A stretch of DNA of 64,000 bases, taken from assembly GCF_004010195.1 (NCBI RefSeq), contig NC_057714.1:48147576-48211575 (forward strand), written 5' to 3'. Below the pieces are notes generated by a model. It was not told the origin of the DNA and made no database searches. It worked only from the letters and a program-made list of their open reading frames with translations. The DNA is from Chiloscyllium plagiosum. Taxonomy: Eukaryota. A program made the position numbers and the translations under genes. Below, in pieces: positions 40,773 to 53,700 of the stretch (its first letter is position 1; each line of letters opens with the position of its first letter).

Positions 40773-42292
40773 AATAACATATCTGTATTTGCTTCATTGT
40801 CATCAGTAGTAGATTTCAGCATTGAATAGCATTTGCATGATCGTGGGTCTTCCCAATGCATGTCGCTGTCACTTCAGATTTTAATTGGAACTATGTAAAA
40901 ACCAGAAAAAAAAACAGTGTGGCACACCCTTTCTCACACTGTTAAGAATAGAATGGCACACCACAGTTAAAATTTTATCTATTATGCCAGAATGACTTCC
41001 TTTTGTACAGAAAATATCTGTGGTTCTGGAGAAGTCTAGAAATCCCAGTGGGGATTTCAGTGTTCACCTAAGACATTTATTAACGATCGATCTTGATGAG
41101 CTATGATCTGCCCCACTGAAATTACACAGGCTTTGCTTTTTGGAATGTTCTCCGAGATGCCTCAGTTTTGAATTTAATGATTTGTCACATTGTCTTGCCA
41201 GTGTGAATATTTTTAGGATGTGAGGTACTAATGTCAGACCAGTTAAACAAATCACTAAAAGTGATTAAAGTAACCATCAAAAGCTGATCAAGCATTGGGA
41301 TTCAGAGAATTACAAAGACTTTGAAGAACATTGCTACTTTAAGCAGACAGCAGAACTCTTGAAAGGAACAGCAAGGTAAATGCAGTACCCCACACTAAAA
41401 CCTTTATCTCCATGCTGATGAGGGATTTAGGAAAGACAGTATGTAAAGACCTATTAAAATAATAAAAAGACTAGCCACACTTGGCAGCTACAGAACATTT
41501 AGAGATGAAGGATCTGTTGAAGCAGTCTCGAATCGAGATTTGGCTGGGAAGAAATTTTCAGAACTCCAGAAATAAAGAAAAGACACCTGTGGGCAAGGAA
41601 GAAAGCATGCATGACAAAGGTATCCGGTTGGGAAAAATAGCAGTTTATAAAGAAACTGGACTATCCCAAAAAAAAGGACGTCTCGTTATCCTGTAGAATC
41701 TTATCAAATGTTTTCAACCAGTATCCTCTGGTTATTGAGTTTCCAGTGGGAACCCATTCACAGTGAGAGTCACCACAAGACATGAAATCAAGGGCCTTCA
41801 AATTAATTACATCAAGGCCCCAACATCAGGAACATCACCGAGCATATTTGATAGAAGACCATTTAGAAGATGGAGTTTGACAGGAAGATAGAAGAAGTTT
41901 TAAACTATGATAACAATGGGAGATCCATAATTTAGACCACAGATTTGGTTGGAACACTTAGCAAGGCTGCCAACCACAGACGTTTATTTATAAAATTGGA
42001 TGGAGGGTCAAGTATTGTGTATCAGCTGTGAAAGACAGGAAAGCATCCATTTCATCTGCGAAGAAACAGCAAACCAGAAATAGCTCCACCTAGCCACTAA
42101 AAAGTAGGAAGCCACCATTTTTATTGTAGCAAGGCAGGAAAGCCCCTCATAAGCAGTATACATATACACTATTGCTTTTTAAGAGGATTGAAACTTGATT
42201 AAAAGAAAATTGTACAGCATTGTATAATTTGGTAAAATGGCAATGCTATAAGCTTAAATTTTGCAACTACATTCAGATATTGCTCATTTAAA

Positions 42293-42580
42293 ATGATTTG
42301 GAGATGCTGGTGTTGGACTGGGGTGTACAAAGTTACAAATCGCACAACATCAGGTTATAGTCCAACAGGTTTAATTGGAAGCACTAGCTTTCGGAGTGCC
42401 ACTCCTCCTTCAGGTGGTTGTGGAGTGCACAATTGTAAGACACAGAATTTACAAAAAAATTTTGCTAGAAGTTCTGTCTTACAATTGTGCACCCCTCAAC
42501 CACCTGGTGAAGGAGCGGCGCCCTGAAAGCTAGTGCTTCCAATTAAACCTGTTGGACTATAACCTGGTGTTGTGTGATTT
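42293..42580. mobile_element. Fold-back Penelope-derived element (second pLTR family)
   Basis: Arms ~42337-42449 and ~42469-42580 are reverse complements; each carries CAC-CTG.NG.-AGGAG...-GAAAGCTA-GTG. Confidence 0.7.
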
Positions 42581-42738
42581 TATAATTTAAAATGGCTTTC
42601 AAGCAATATTAAGAAGTAGTGGCGGAAGACTTAATACCAGCTCAGATTAGATGTCAGAGAAAGGCCAAACAGTACAGAATTGGACATTTTCTTCTAGAAA
42701 ACAGCTGTGAAGGTACAGAATTTCTTCAAGCTAAAATA

Positions 42739-43046
42739 CAGTAGACAACCCTTTATCTGAAATCCGAAAGTCAGAAGGTTTTTTGTGAAGTGTTTTTCCT
42801 CATTAACAAAGTTGTTTGGCATGCAAACAGTTACCCCAGGTTGACACGCACTCGATGCGTGTCACTCAGATGCGACATGGGTGTCGTGGCCCAGCACTTG
42901 ACAGGCTTCAATTCTTCTGTTTCGGGGCCTGTTTTAGTCAGTGAGTCTGCTCCTCTGGTAAGGTTTTTTAAAATTTACCATCAAACTGTCACTTATTCTG
43001 AAATTTGAAAAATTCTGAATCCCGGAAATAAAGGATTGTGCACCTG
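42739..43046. mobile_element. Tigger-like MITE with TA target duplication
   Basis: TA|CAGTAGACAACCCTTTAT ... ATAAAGGATTGTGCACCTG|TA imperfect TIRs; no coding capacity. Confidence 0.65.
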
Positions 43047-43119
43047 TACTAAACCTCAGGCTGAAATCACCAAAACATAAAGGAAGACACAGATACTTTT
43101 GAAGAAGTGCCAGCAGTCT

Positions 43120-43860
43120 TTGATAAATGAAAGCAAGAATGCTGGAAATCACAGTTGTACGTGGAGAGAGAGCAAGCTAATGTCTCAAGAATGGATGACT
43201 CTTGATCAGGGCTGACATGAAATGTGGAGGGGGCAGCATTTATTCAATAGTGGGGTTGTGGAGCGCTGGGGGAGAGAGGATGTTGATAGCCCCTCCACAC
43301 TTCACGTCAGCTCTGATGAAGAATCATCTAGACTTAAAGCTAGCAGGAAACTCGTCACCCGGACACATAATCACCAACTGGCCACGGAAAGACACAACCC
43401 AGTATCACTAGTTTCTATACATACAGACAAAGAAGGACACCACTTTGACTGGGACAACACACACGAGAATTCTTTCGAGGCATAACATCCTAATCAGAAT
43501 TCCATCAAAGAGCACATCAATTTTTAGATCATATCTAACATCCCTTGGGGAAAAAGAAAGAACCGGAAATGACCTCAAAGAAACCAAAACCTATGAATGG
43601 AGAGGTGGGACATACCACTAGTGCTTCACTGGAGACTCTCACTGATGATGTTAGTTAGTATGGTGATGTAATGTCTGAAAACACACCTTCAAGCTCAGCG
43701 AGCTAACTTACTTATCATCAACCTGAGCTACAAATCTTCTCAAAAATTGCTACTTTGAAACATTAATTGCTCTCTTGCCACAGATGCTGCTTGGCCCTCT
43801 GCGATTGATAGCATTTTTGTTTTCAGTTCAGATTCCAGCATCTGCAGCAATTTGCTGTCA
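43120..43860. mobile_element. Penelope GIY-YIG/pLTR fragment (~43335-43750, +) nested inside another fold-back pLTR-derived element
   Basis: RKLVTRTHNHQLATERHNPVSLVSIHTDKEGHHFDWDNT matches the 13158 element; flanks 43120-43335 and 43755-43860 rejoin as an inverted short element. Confidence 0.75.
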
Positions 43861-43959
43861 CATAGTCTTTGGTTTTTTTTATTCAGAATGATTTTTTTTG
43901 CAAGAACAAGATTTAACTAAAGAGTTCATGACCAAGGAACTCCACAGTTAATTGTAATC

Positions 43960-44140
43960 ATGACCTCTACTGATTAATGGAAAGCTGTGACTTTGGAGCA
44001 TTGCAATCAGAATTCATAAGAGTCAGATTTGTTGGAATTATTGATGAATCTTTGTTAGATTTATTACAGGGCAAAGAAGACTTGACTTTGGAGAAAGCAA
44101 GTCAAATTCTGCTAGAAGCAGAAAACCGTGAGAGTCACAG
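43960..44140 (+). pseudogene. Ty3/Gypsy gag remnant
   Basis: ESCDFGALQSEFIRVRFVGIIDESLLDLLQGKEDLTLEKASQI resembles the Gypsy gag motif C.FG.L.EE.IRDR.V.GI.D..L...L....LTL.KA. Confidence 0.65.
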
Positions 44141-45431
44141 AATGAGAGGAGATGGACAGTCTTTTCACAGGAAAGGATTCATCCACTTTATAAAATTCTG
44201 TTCACAGATTAACATTTTAGGAAGGTTGGATTCATTAGTTGCAAGCCTATGATGGCTAATAACAAGCCCTTCTATGACTGGCAAGTTGGCCCACAGTAGG
44301 TGTAATCACTGTTGGGGCCTATTGGAAAGCCGCCTCCTTGATGTTGGTTCTTTTAATGTCAAGGGTATCTATAGCATTCCTGATGTAGAAACTCTTAGCA
44401 TCGCAATCAGTGGCCTCCACTTCCATTGTCAATAGTTGATATGCCATGCAGAGAGAGGCTTCTTCAGGGAAGCCTTGAATATTAGTGCAGGACCCCTATG
44501 TTCTGTTACCTGCAGTCAGCTCATATAGCATGATTTTGGGCAGAAACTTTAAAATTTATAAACACCAAAGACACACATGACAAATCATGAAGTAGGCCAA
44601 ACAGCAGATAGTAGCAGATAGTAGCAGTCAATGTCAGCACTGATGAATAACAAAACCTCTCAGGCAGTGCCCAGCTATGAGGAAAAATGCTACATAAGTA
44701 AAGAATTAAAGGTCACTTTGAGACAATGTGCAGACACAGCTTTAGAACAGGAGAAAGACAAATGCTTACTTGTACAAGGATGATAATGTGATGGAACCAT
44801 CACCACTGGAAAAGTTACCTGAGGCATTCCTTGGGGAAATTGGTGGTTTGTTTCCGTGCTGTACATCTCTACGACTCTGATACAAGATGTTTTAGGTGGA
44901 ATAAGTCTTGAGAGTGAGATATGCTACAAGTTACTGCAAAGAAAGAGTTTGCAAGTTGAAGCTACTGTTATGGACTAGACTAACCCCCTTAAAAATATAT
45001 TAAGAAGATAGCTTACACTCAAGCTTTTTCTAATTTTAAACATGTCAGGTGTTGTGTTCCAGATGCAATTTGATTGGTCAACTACCCGAATTCAAGCAAA
45101 ACGCATTTTATTTTTACACTACTACAGTTAAAATACAGACAAAATAAAGATTAAAGAATTGGCTTAAATGTAACTTAACAATGCTCAAATGCTTAACAAA
45201 ATAATATATATGTACTCAGGACATTATGTGCAACATTTTTTTACACCATGGTTCATCTGTGGAATGAACTGCCAGAGAAATTGGTGGATGCAGGTACAAT
45301 TTCAGAGTCTAAAAGACGTTTGGATAAGTTCATGAATAGGAAAAGTGTGAAGGAATATGGGCCAAGCACAGGCAGAAGGGACATAGTTGGTGTGGTCTGG
45401 TTGAACTGAAAGGTCTGTTTCCATGCTGTCT

Positions 45432-45744
45432 GATTAGATTACTTACAGTGTGGAAACCTTTCGGCCCAACAAGCCCACACCTACCCTCCAAAGAGCAACC
45501 CCCACAGACCCATTCCTCTACGTTTACCCGTTCACCTAACAGTACGGGTGATTTTGCATGGCCGATTCACCTAACCTGCACATTTTTGGACTGTGGGAGG
45601 AAACCGGAGCACCCAGAGGAAACCCACGCAGACATTGGGAAGAATGTGCAAACTCCACACAGTCACTTGCCTGAGGTGGGAATTGAACCCAGGTCTCTGG
45701 CGCTGTGAGGCAGCAGTGCTAACCACTGTGCCACTATGTTGCCC
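45432..45744 (-). mobile_element. HE1/V-SINE
   Basis: Reverse complement of the 9139 element with (AATCT) tail. Confidence 0.88.
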
Positions 45745-45987
45745 AATGACTCTATTGTGTTAAACTCTTGATTCACTTCAAGTATGTTCCACAGTTCTGG
45801 CCAACATTACTATAAATGGGATATCAAGGTATCAGTGAGAATGGAAAATATATTCGCAAAGAGTAGAATTGGGGCAGTTTACTGACCAGAAATAGCTCAT
45901 TAGTCTGGTGCTCTAATTTGCTTGGGAAAAAAAGGCTTCAGGGTCTAATATAAGCCTTAGAATTGTGAATAGATTTGCTAGGGTAGA

Positions 45988-46337
45988 TCATAGAATCCCC
46001 ACAGTGTGGAAGCAGGCCATTCAGCCCATCAAGTCCACACTAACCTTCCAAAGAGCACCCCACTAAGACCCACCCCTCTACCCTATCCCTGTAACCTGCA
46101 TTTCCTGTTGCTAATCCAGCTAGCCTACACATCCCTGGACACTACAGGAAATTTAGCATGCACCTAACCTGCATATCTTTGGACTGTGGGAAGAAACCAA
46201 AGCACCCATGGGAAGCCCAGACAGAAACGGGGAGAATATGGAGACTCCACACAGACAGTTGCCCGAGGGGAGGACTGAACCTGGGTCCCTGGTGCTGTGA
46301 GGCAGCAGTAACAGCTACTAAGCCACCTGTGCCACCC
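45988..46337 (-). mobile_element. HE1/V-SINE
   Basis: Reverse-complement SINE head, body and GGGATTCTATGA tail. Confidence 0.85.
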
Positions 46338-46661
46338 ATATCTAGGTGTAGACATTTTTATTTGTTCATGGGCAATCTATGGGCACCATTCGTTTATCCA
46401 GAATTTGTCTATCCCAATTACCTTGAGAAAGAGGTGATTAGCTGTGTTCCCTATAAATTTTCCTGCTCCTCACGGACCTTGAACACCATGAATAGTGGAA
46501 AGTCTGTACTTTGGCATGCAAATTGGTGTATGTGGAACCTTCACCTAGCCATGCCCTTAAATGTAGTATTGGTGGTCAGCAGCCTTCTTGAACTGTTGCA
46601 GTTCGTGGAGCATAGAGATATCCACAATGGCATTAGGAAGGGAGTTCCACAATTTTAACCC

Positions 46662-47535
46662 ATGTACTAATCCCATCTGATGTTCCTACTGGACAAGTTA
46701 GATCCAAGAATGAAATCTGGCCTGATGGATCAGAGTTTGTTTTTGTTAATGTAATGTGATGTTCTTTTCCTGAAACCTTAGCACGCAAGGCTGCAGGTTT
46801 GTCTTTAACAATAAAACAAGTGAATTAAGCAAAAATAAGATAAAGAAATTAAACAAAATCAAGTCATATATATAAAAAACACATTTTGAAAGATTTCAAA
46901 GCACAACAAAACAAAATCCCATCTCCTCCCCAGCACTTACCCTTTACAATTGGTCAAATCCAGAGAGAGTTTTTTTTCCCTATCCTGCTGCTTCTCACCT
47001 CCTGTCCTTTGAACAGCGGCCTTTTTCCTTGACCACTCTCTCAACTGAACTGTTGCACTTTCTCGGCTTTGAATGGCCATTGCAAGTTTCTGAACAAGCA
47101 CTCATCTAGAAATTTCATAAGCTAAACGTTTTTCATACAGATAGTGTTCCCTAAAGAGCCCTAAACAATCTTTTCTTGGAGAGACAATTCTGACCCCAGT
47201 TGGGTCTCTTTCAAACTGCACCCAAAAAACTTATGAACCAAGTTTAAAAAATACTTACACACCCTAGATTCTGCTAAGGCTAACAATTTAATGTTTTCTG
47301 TCTACTTTCATAAGTTACCACCAGATAAACAAATTAGCATTAACACTCCACAGGTCCTTGCACTCGCCTGCTTCCAAACACATGCTGGTTTAAATGTCAT
47401 GTGTCTGGAAAACTGACCTAATTAATTTTTAAACTCTTTCACTAAAATAAACGTACACCTGTTTTCCACCAAGTTAAATTCAAGTTCTCTTTAAAAAGAA
47501 TGATGATTATATATAACTTTACACCTTTCATCATG
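46662..47535. mobile_element. Probable solo LTR inserted in a minus-strand CR1/L2-type LINE (46350-46660 and 47540-47840)
   Basis: The LINE 3' sequence breaks at ...TTTTAACCCA and resumes after ~870 nt of unrelated non-coding sequence starting TG. Confidence 0.5.
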
Positions 47536-50249
47536 CCCTGAAACACTAAAGGAATGATATTGTTACAAGTCGGGCTGCTGGTACTCCCATGTATTTGCTG
47601 CCCTTTACCATCTAGGTGATAGAGTCACAGGTTTAGAAGGTGCTGTTGGAGGAGTCTTAGTATGTTACTACAGTGCATCCTATAGGTCATGTACATAGTT
47701 ACTCTAGGCAGCAGTGAATGTTGAAATTGGTAGATATGATGCCAAAAAAAAGCTGCTTTGTCCTGGATGGTGTCAAACTTCGAGTGTTGATGGAACTACA
47801 TTCATCCAGGTAAGTGGGGAGTATTCCATCACACTTGTTGGAGGGAATCAAAATTCATAGGTGTAAAATAGTTATGAAAAATCCGATTAGGAATGATGCA
47901 CTCTAATAAAGTGTAGTTGAAGTGAGTAATATGGGAAAAGGGAAAGCTCGGTAAACAGAATGAAGGAGAAAGAAATAGAAAAGTATATTAATCTACCTAT
48001 AAATAGAGATGTATGAGAGGAGGCTTGAGTTACATGTAAATGTTAGTCTAAAGCAATTAAGGCAGAGTGGCTTAATGGAATTCCATATGAAAGTAAGTTC
48101 ACAAATTTTATATTTTCCATTACATGGGATCTACTCGTCATCTACTGACTCCTTAATCATCAGTAAACAAAGCATCATTTGGTATTACAGAACATCTGTA
48201 TTGTTGAAAAGCTACATTTTGTTGAAGCTTTTCATCTTGCGCTCATCAGGGCATTTCACAAGAATTCCCAGTTCAACTGGAAAACCAACATTATTTATAC
48301 TGCATGCGAAGAGAGCACTAGTTAGCATTCAGAGTTCACTTGCCAAATGCAAGACAAAAAACTTTAACACAACATGATTTTTCATTCAGCACTGTATGTA
48401 TTTTGTGTTTGTTCGTAGATTATATCGTTTCCAGTTTGTCTAGAATGTCTCTGTCACTAATAATCAAATCTCTAAGTTTGTTGTGCAAACTCCTACAATC
48501 AGCTGTGTTTTTACAATAATGCCATTGCTGAAAATATTATCTGAAAGTAGGGTACGTTGGGGCCATTCAGCAAGTTAGTTAAAATATGTAGAAGGAGCAG
48601 ATGAGCTTTTAAACATTAAAACATAAGAGTAATCCATTCGGCTCTTCAATCTTGCTTCACCATTCAATATGATCATGTCTGATCATCCAACTCGGTACAC
48701 TTGCCTCACTTTCTCCCTATATCCTTTGATCCCTTTAGCCTTAAGAACTACTTCATGAAATGTTTTGGCCTCAGTGACTTTGTGATGGCTATCTCCCTCT
48801 CCTGATCTTGCGTCAAGGTCTAGATCCAGTTCAAAGTTGGATCTTTAATACCATGGAAGTGAGAGCACTGCGCTTTTACATCCCAAATGTTTCAAAACTA
48901 CTCCTACCTTGCTTCTCTCCTCCCAAATCCTTGTTCACAGTGAGAGTTGCAGAGAGAGAAGCAAAAAGCAGGAGTATTTATAAAAACTATGCATCATAAA
49001 CTGCTGAACCACCAGCACTTGCATGACCTAAGCTCCATCTTTGGATTGAATATGGATCTTGAATGGGATGCAAGTCTAGGAGAAGGAAGCGTTGAAAGGG
49101 TGGGTCGGGAAGATGGGGAAGATGCCACAACTTGAAGGGTTGAGGAGCATCTTTGGTCAGTAGCAACCAGGAGGTTTTTGGAAACATGATCAAGGTGAGA
49201 CAAGTAGTGTAAGGACCAAGTTTATGTTTTCTTTCATATTCTTAAACTTATTTCGGTTTACCAAATTAAGGTGCTACAAAACCTAACAAGTGAGAACTTT
49301 TGGTATTCTACAGACCCTTGACAAAATTTGGATTGATATTTTTTGGCTTTCTTTTAATCATGGATGACATCATGAAGCTTAGGACTGGGTTGAGGAGGAA
49401 CGTTTTCTCTCTAAAAGGTTGTGAATCTATGGAATTCCCTACCCAGTGAGACAGTTGAGGTTACCTTGTTGCATGTTTTTAAGGCAAAGATAGAGTTTTT
49501 AACAGTAAAGGAATTGAGGATTATGGTGAGCAAGTGGCTAAGTGGAGCTGAATCCACAACAAGGTCAACCATGATTTTATTGAACGGTGGAACAGGTTGG
49601 GTGGCCAGATGGCCTACTTCCACTTCTATTTCTTATGTTCTTGTGTTCTTTTGTTGGATGAAGAAATAGATATCTTGTGTTGTTGCGTTAAAGATGTTAA
49701 TCTGACAATCAGTATTTTGTGGTTATAGGGTCATAGGGATGTACAGCATGGAAATAGATCTTTGGTCCAACCCGTCCATGCAGATCATATTCTAAATTGA
49801 TCTGGTCCGATTTGCCAATATTTGGCCCATATCCCTGTAAACCCTTCCTATTCATAGACCCATCCAGATGCCATTTAAATGTTGTAATTGTACCAGCCTT
49901 TCAATGTTCCATGCTTACCGACTGACTTAGTATTTGCTGAAGTACTGTTTTTCATTGCATACTAACAAAAACTTGCACTTATATAAAATGTTTATATATC
50001 CCACGTCACTTCAGAGAAACACCACCAAACAAATTTTAGCTCCAAATCCCACACAGATATTAAGAAAGGTGACGAATAATAGATTTCAAGTAGTATCCTA
50101 AGGGAGGAATGAGATAGAAAGCATTCAGTAATCCATCTTAAATGTTGTCTTGTATCTAATCTCTCTCTCTCCTCTCTAAATTACTCAAGGCATAATTGCT
50201 TCCAAGCCTCATCCTCCCTCTCTCTCTCTCTCTCTCCAAAAACACATTT

Positions 50250-50770
50250 TTGAATGTCTCCGTTGTCTGCATTTCACAGGGATCATTCCCTCCAGGACAC
50301 TCTAGTCCATTCTAATCTAATCTAATCTAATTCCACAACCACCAACGCCACTCCACCTTTCCACATAACCGCAGAAGGTGCGATAGCTGCCCCTTCACTA
50401 TTCCACGCTCACCGTGCAAGGGTCTAAACAGTCTTTCCAGGTGAAGCAGCTTTTCACCTGTACCTTCCTCCAATGATGTGTATTGTATTCATTGCACCAA
50501 ATGTGGCCTACTCAACGTTGAAGAAACCAAGCACAGACGGGTAACTGCTTTGTGGAACAACTCTGGTCTATGCGCAAGCAGAACCCAGACCTTACATTAA
50601 CCTTTCATTTTAACATCACTCCCAGTTCACATCCCCATGTGTCTGTCCTCAATATTCTAGTGCTCCAGTGAATCACAGCGCAAACTTGGGAAACAACATC
50701 TCGTCTCCAGACTAGGCATTTCACAGCCTTCTAAACTTAATATTAAGTTCAACACCTTCAAATTGTGAAC
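50250..50770 (+). mobile_element. Degenerate Penelope (Neptune-type) zinc-finger/GIY-YIG remnant
   Basis: Frameshifted RRRCDSCP..., FQVKQLFTCT..., VYCIHCTKCGLL..ETK, QRKLGKQHL..RLG..QP..LNI.F. Confidence 0.7.
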
Positions 50771-53700
50771 TAACCCCCATTTCTTCCCTTTCTTTTAGCT
50801 TGTTATATTCTGTTATCGTGCCCCCCCCCCGATACCATGACTTTAGGATATCCCAAACTCTTGATAACCATGAAATATTTTTGAATTTTTTAAACTTTTG
50901 TAACATCTGCTGTGGTTACTCCTTATCAGAAGCTCATAAATGAGTTACAAAGTCCAAATCTAATTGTACCCAGGTAGGAGGTTTCTAATTTTTGTTTGTG
51001 CCAACGTGCCCAAAAAAAAACTTGTTTTATGTTAGCATCAGAATAAAGTCTTTTTTTGTTTTTGAAACAAAATCTAAGGAGTAGATGCCATGATATGACT
51101 AACATATATCTTATTGTTGTATAAGAGAAGAGACTTGAAGCACAGACCGCGTAAAGTTGTCCAAACTTCATGACAGTTGAAGAGAAAGAAGTTCCCCTCT
51201 GAAACTGTTACAAATGTCTGTGCCTCTTTGTTGTCCTGGTTTGTTAGAGGGCTGTAGTTAATCCCAGAGAATTGCATGCTGATTGATGGCTTTCAGACAA
51301 AATTTCAAGGGTGATTGTAAAATAGTTTACTCTCTGGGTAATTACATTAAACTAGCAAACAAAGGAAAATTCAGCTCTGTTACCCAGCTCTGGAGGGTAT
51401 ATATGTTCAGTCTCCAAGCATAACAAGATAAGCACACATGGAGAAGCGAGAGTACATCAGGGACAGGAGTGATCTGTGGACTCCTGTGGACTTTTAGCTA
51501 AAGGCACTAACTTCAGCATGTCAATCTGGATTAGGCCAGGGAAAGATGACTGTTGGGTTTTTAGAAAAAAAAAGTTACCATTCATTTAAATAGTATCTGC
51601 TTTGGATCTGTGACATTTCCCTGAAGAAGGGAAGTCAGAGAAAACAGATTTGCCAGAAATTAGTTCAGCTATCAAACCATGCTGCATACCAGATGTAAAT
51701 GCTAATTAGAAAACCTACAGCAAAGGGGAGAACGGATTACTAATATCCTCTAGGCAGCACTGTACATTAGAGGTGAAAGCCTTCATCGCATCAGGCAAAT
51801 TTTTATATGCACTGAACCACAGGAAAGCCTGTCATTGCTCCCTTATTGACAACACAGCATGTGTCTGCTAACCTTGTCAATTTAAAATGCTGTAGAGAAA
51901 AAATTAAAAAGGCTGCAGAAGACGTAAAAGTGAAAACTGTTTCAGAAATTAAACTTGATTTTCTATATTAATATTGATTAAAATGATGTGCCTTTAGTAC
52001 AACTTTAGCTTTTATTATAATTAAACTGCAGCTGAATATAAATGGTGCAATTAAATGGCATTTTAAATTGATAATTCCCTATGCAAGTTTCTTATATTGC
52101 ATGAATAAATTGTCAAGGAAATGCAATACAAGTACAAATTGCAGTAAAAGGCAGTGTTAGAGCAGTGCCTTTGGGGCTACAAAAATGATTAATAAATATA
52201 ATGTAATCTGTAGTTAGATCTACATTACTGTACACTAGAGGGCATGATTTTAGATTTTTCCAACCTTAAATTCAACACCATTACAATCAATGTGTCAATT
52301 TCTGGACTTCCACACCACTTTCAATATGGAAAAAAGTTCAGCTTTGATTTAAGATACTTCAGTCAAATTAAATACTTCGTGATCAGCTTTCATTAGCTGT
52401 AAAAATTGCAACATTTGAAACTTGATTTATATATTTGTTTCTGTGACAAAGACGTTACTGGGGGGTATGAAGTCTAGTCAGTCCTCCGGTCAGCACAAAC
52501 AAATCATTTGAATTCCTTCACAATTCTTTGATTCCTTTATTCAATGTTACTTTGGGGTCCTTAAATCAGATTTTGTGTTCATGACATAGGGAAAACGCGA
52601 GGCAGGTGGGACCTGTTTCTGGCACTCCTGCCTCCATTCTCATTGTCTGATGTTTTTAGGTGTGCAGGCAACTAAGCCTGCACTGAGCAGTTCCAAAGTC
52701 AGCAGCTTCACTGTCTCAGTGGTAATTTCAGCTTCCTAGCATTTTTGAGGCTTCTGGAGGAAAAGGAGCTCTAGATTTTTATATATCTTTTTAAGGCAGA
52801 GATCATTCTTTAATTTTGTTCTCAAAAGGTTAATGACTATTAAATTGATCCCCAAAGTAGAAATGTCTTCAGACGCATAAATATTTTATCCATTGATTAA
52901 AGTGCTGTTTTGCAGTGAAGTTTTGAAATTCCAATTTTACTGTGTCGATTGTATCCTGTGCTTTGGTGTTTTTCTTGGTCGACAAATCGACTGTCTGTTC
53001 AGTGTTGGAAACAGTGTAACAAAGGTTGAATTCTTTGATTCAAAGATCAAGCTGCCTGTTTCACTCTTTCAAAAGCCTTGATGCATTCATTTCTAAAAGC
53101 TTTTTTGACAGTTGTACGATGGAATCTTATGGATTGAGTCCATGAGGGCATCTTGATATAGATACTCATGAGACTGAATTTGTTTTTTATCCCCAAGAGA
53201 TTTATGACCTATTAATAGGATTTATTTTTCCCAAATGGATTATGAATGACTTTACTTTGCTTGACAGTTTATGACCATCTTAGACTTCCCTGCCGTTATT
53301 AAAGAGATCTTGAGCAATGGACATTGTTGATAATGGGATTGGAATCTGAAAGCAGCATGGCAGTAATGCAGCAAGAGTTCGGTCATGTCCAGAACTGGGA
53401 AGATGTTCCAGCGAACAGAGGTGGAACTTTTAACTTGCCCACATTTACTCACCTCCATTCTCACCTTGTGACAACATTGAGAGGTTGTGGTCTTGACCCC
53501 TGGCATTCCACCATGTAAGTAGCATGGATGGGATCTGTCAGACAAGAGGTGGTGTCACTGCATCAGGAAATCTGAAGTCACAATGCCCACCTCAACAGGG
53601 AAAATGTAGCTCCTCGTTTCACTGCTTATTTGCTATGGAAAAAATTCTGAATGCTTTTGATTGTTATTTTTCTGAGCAATCTCAATTATGTTGCCAATTT

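Noticed and set aside
41280-42120. Possible retroelement coding remnant
   Set aside because: Purine-rich and coding-like, but no motif that I could assign with confidence.
44602-44628. Short tandem repeat (AGCAGATAGT)x2.5 and other microsatellites (50160-50235, 50312-50330)
   Set aside because: Ordinary slippage repeats or SINE-tail-like sequence with no sign of function.
46158-46658. 166-aa ORF
   Set aside because: Chance read-through of an antisense SINE plus a LINE 3' UTR.
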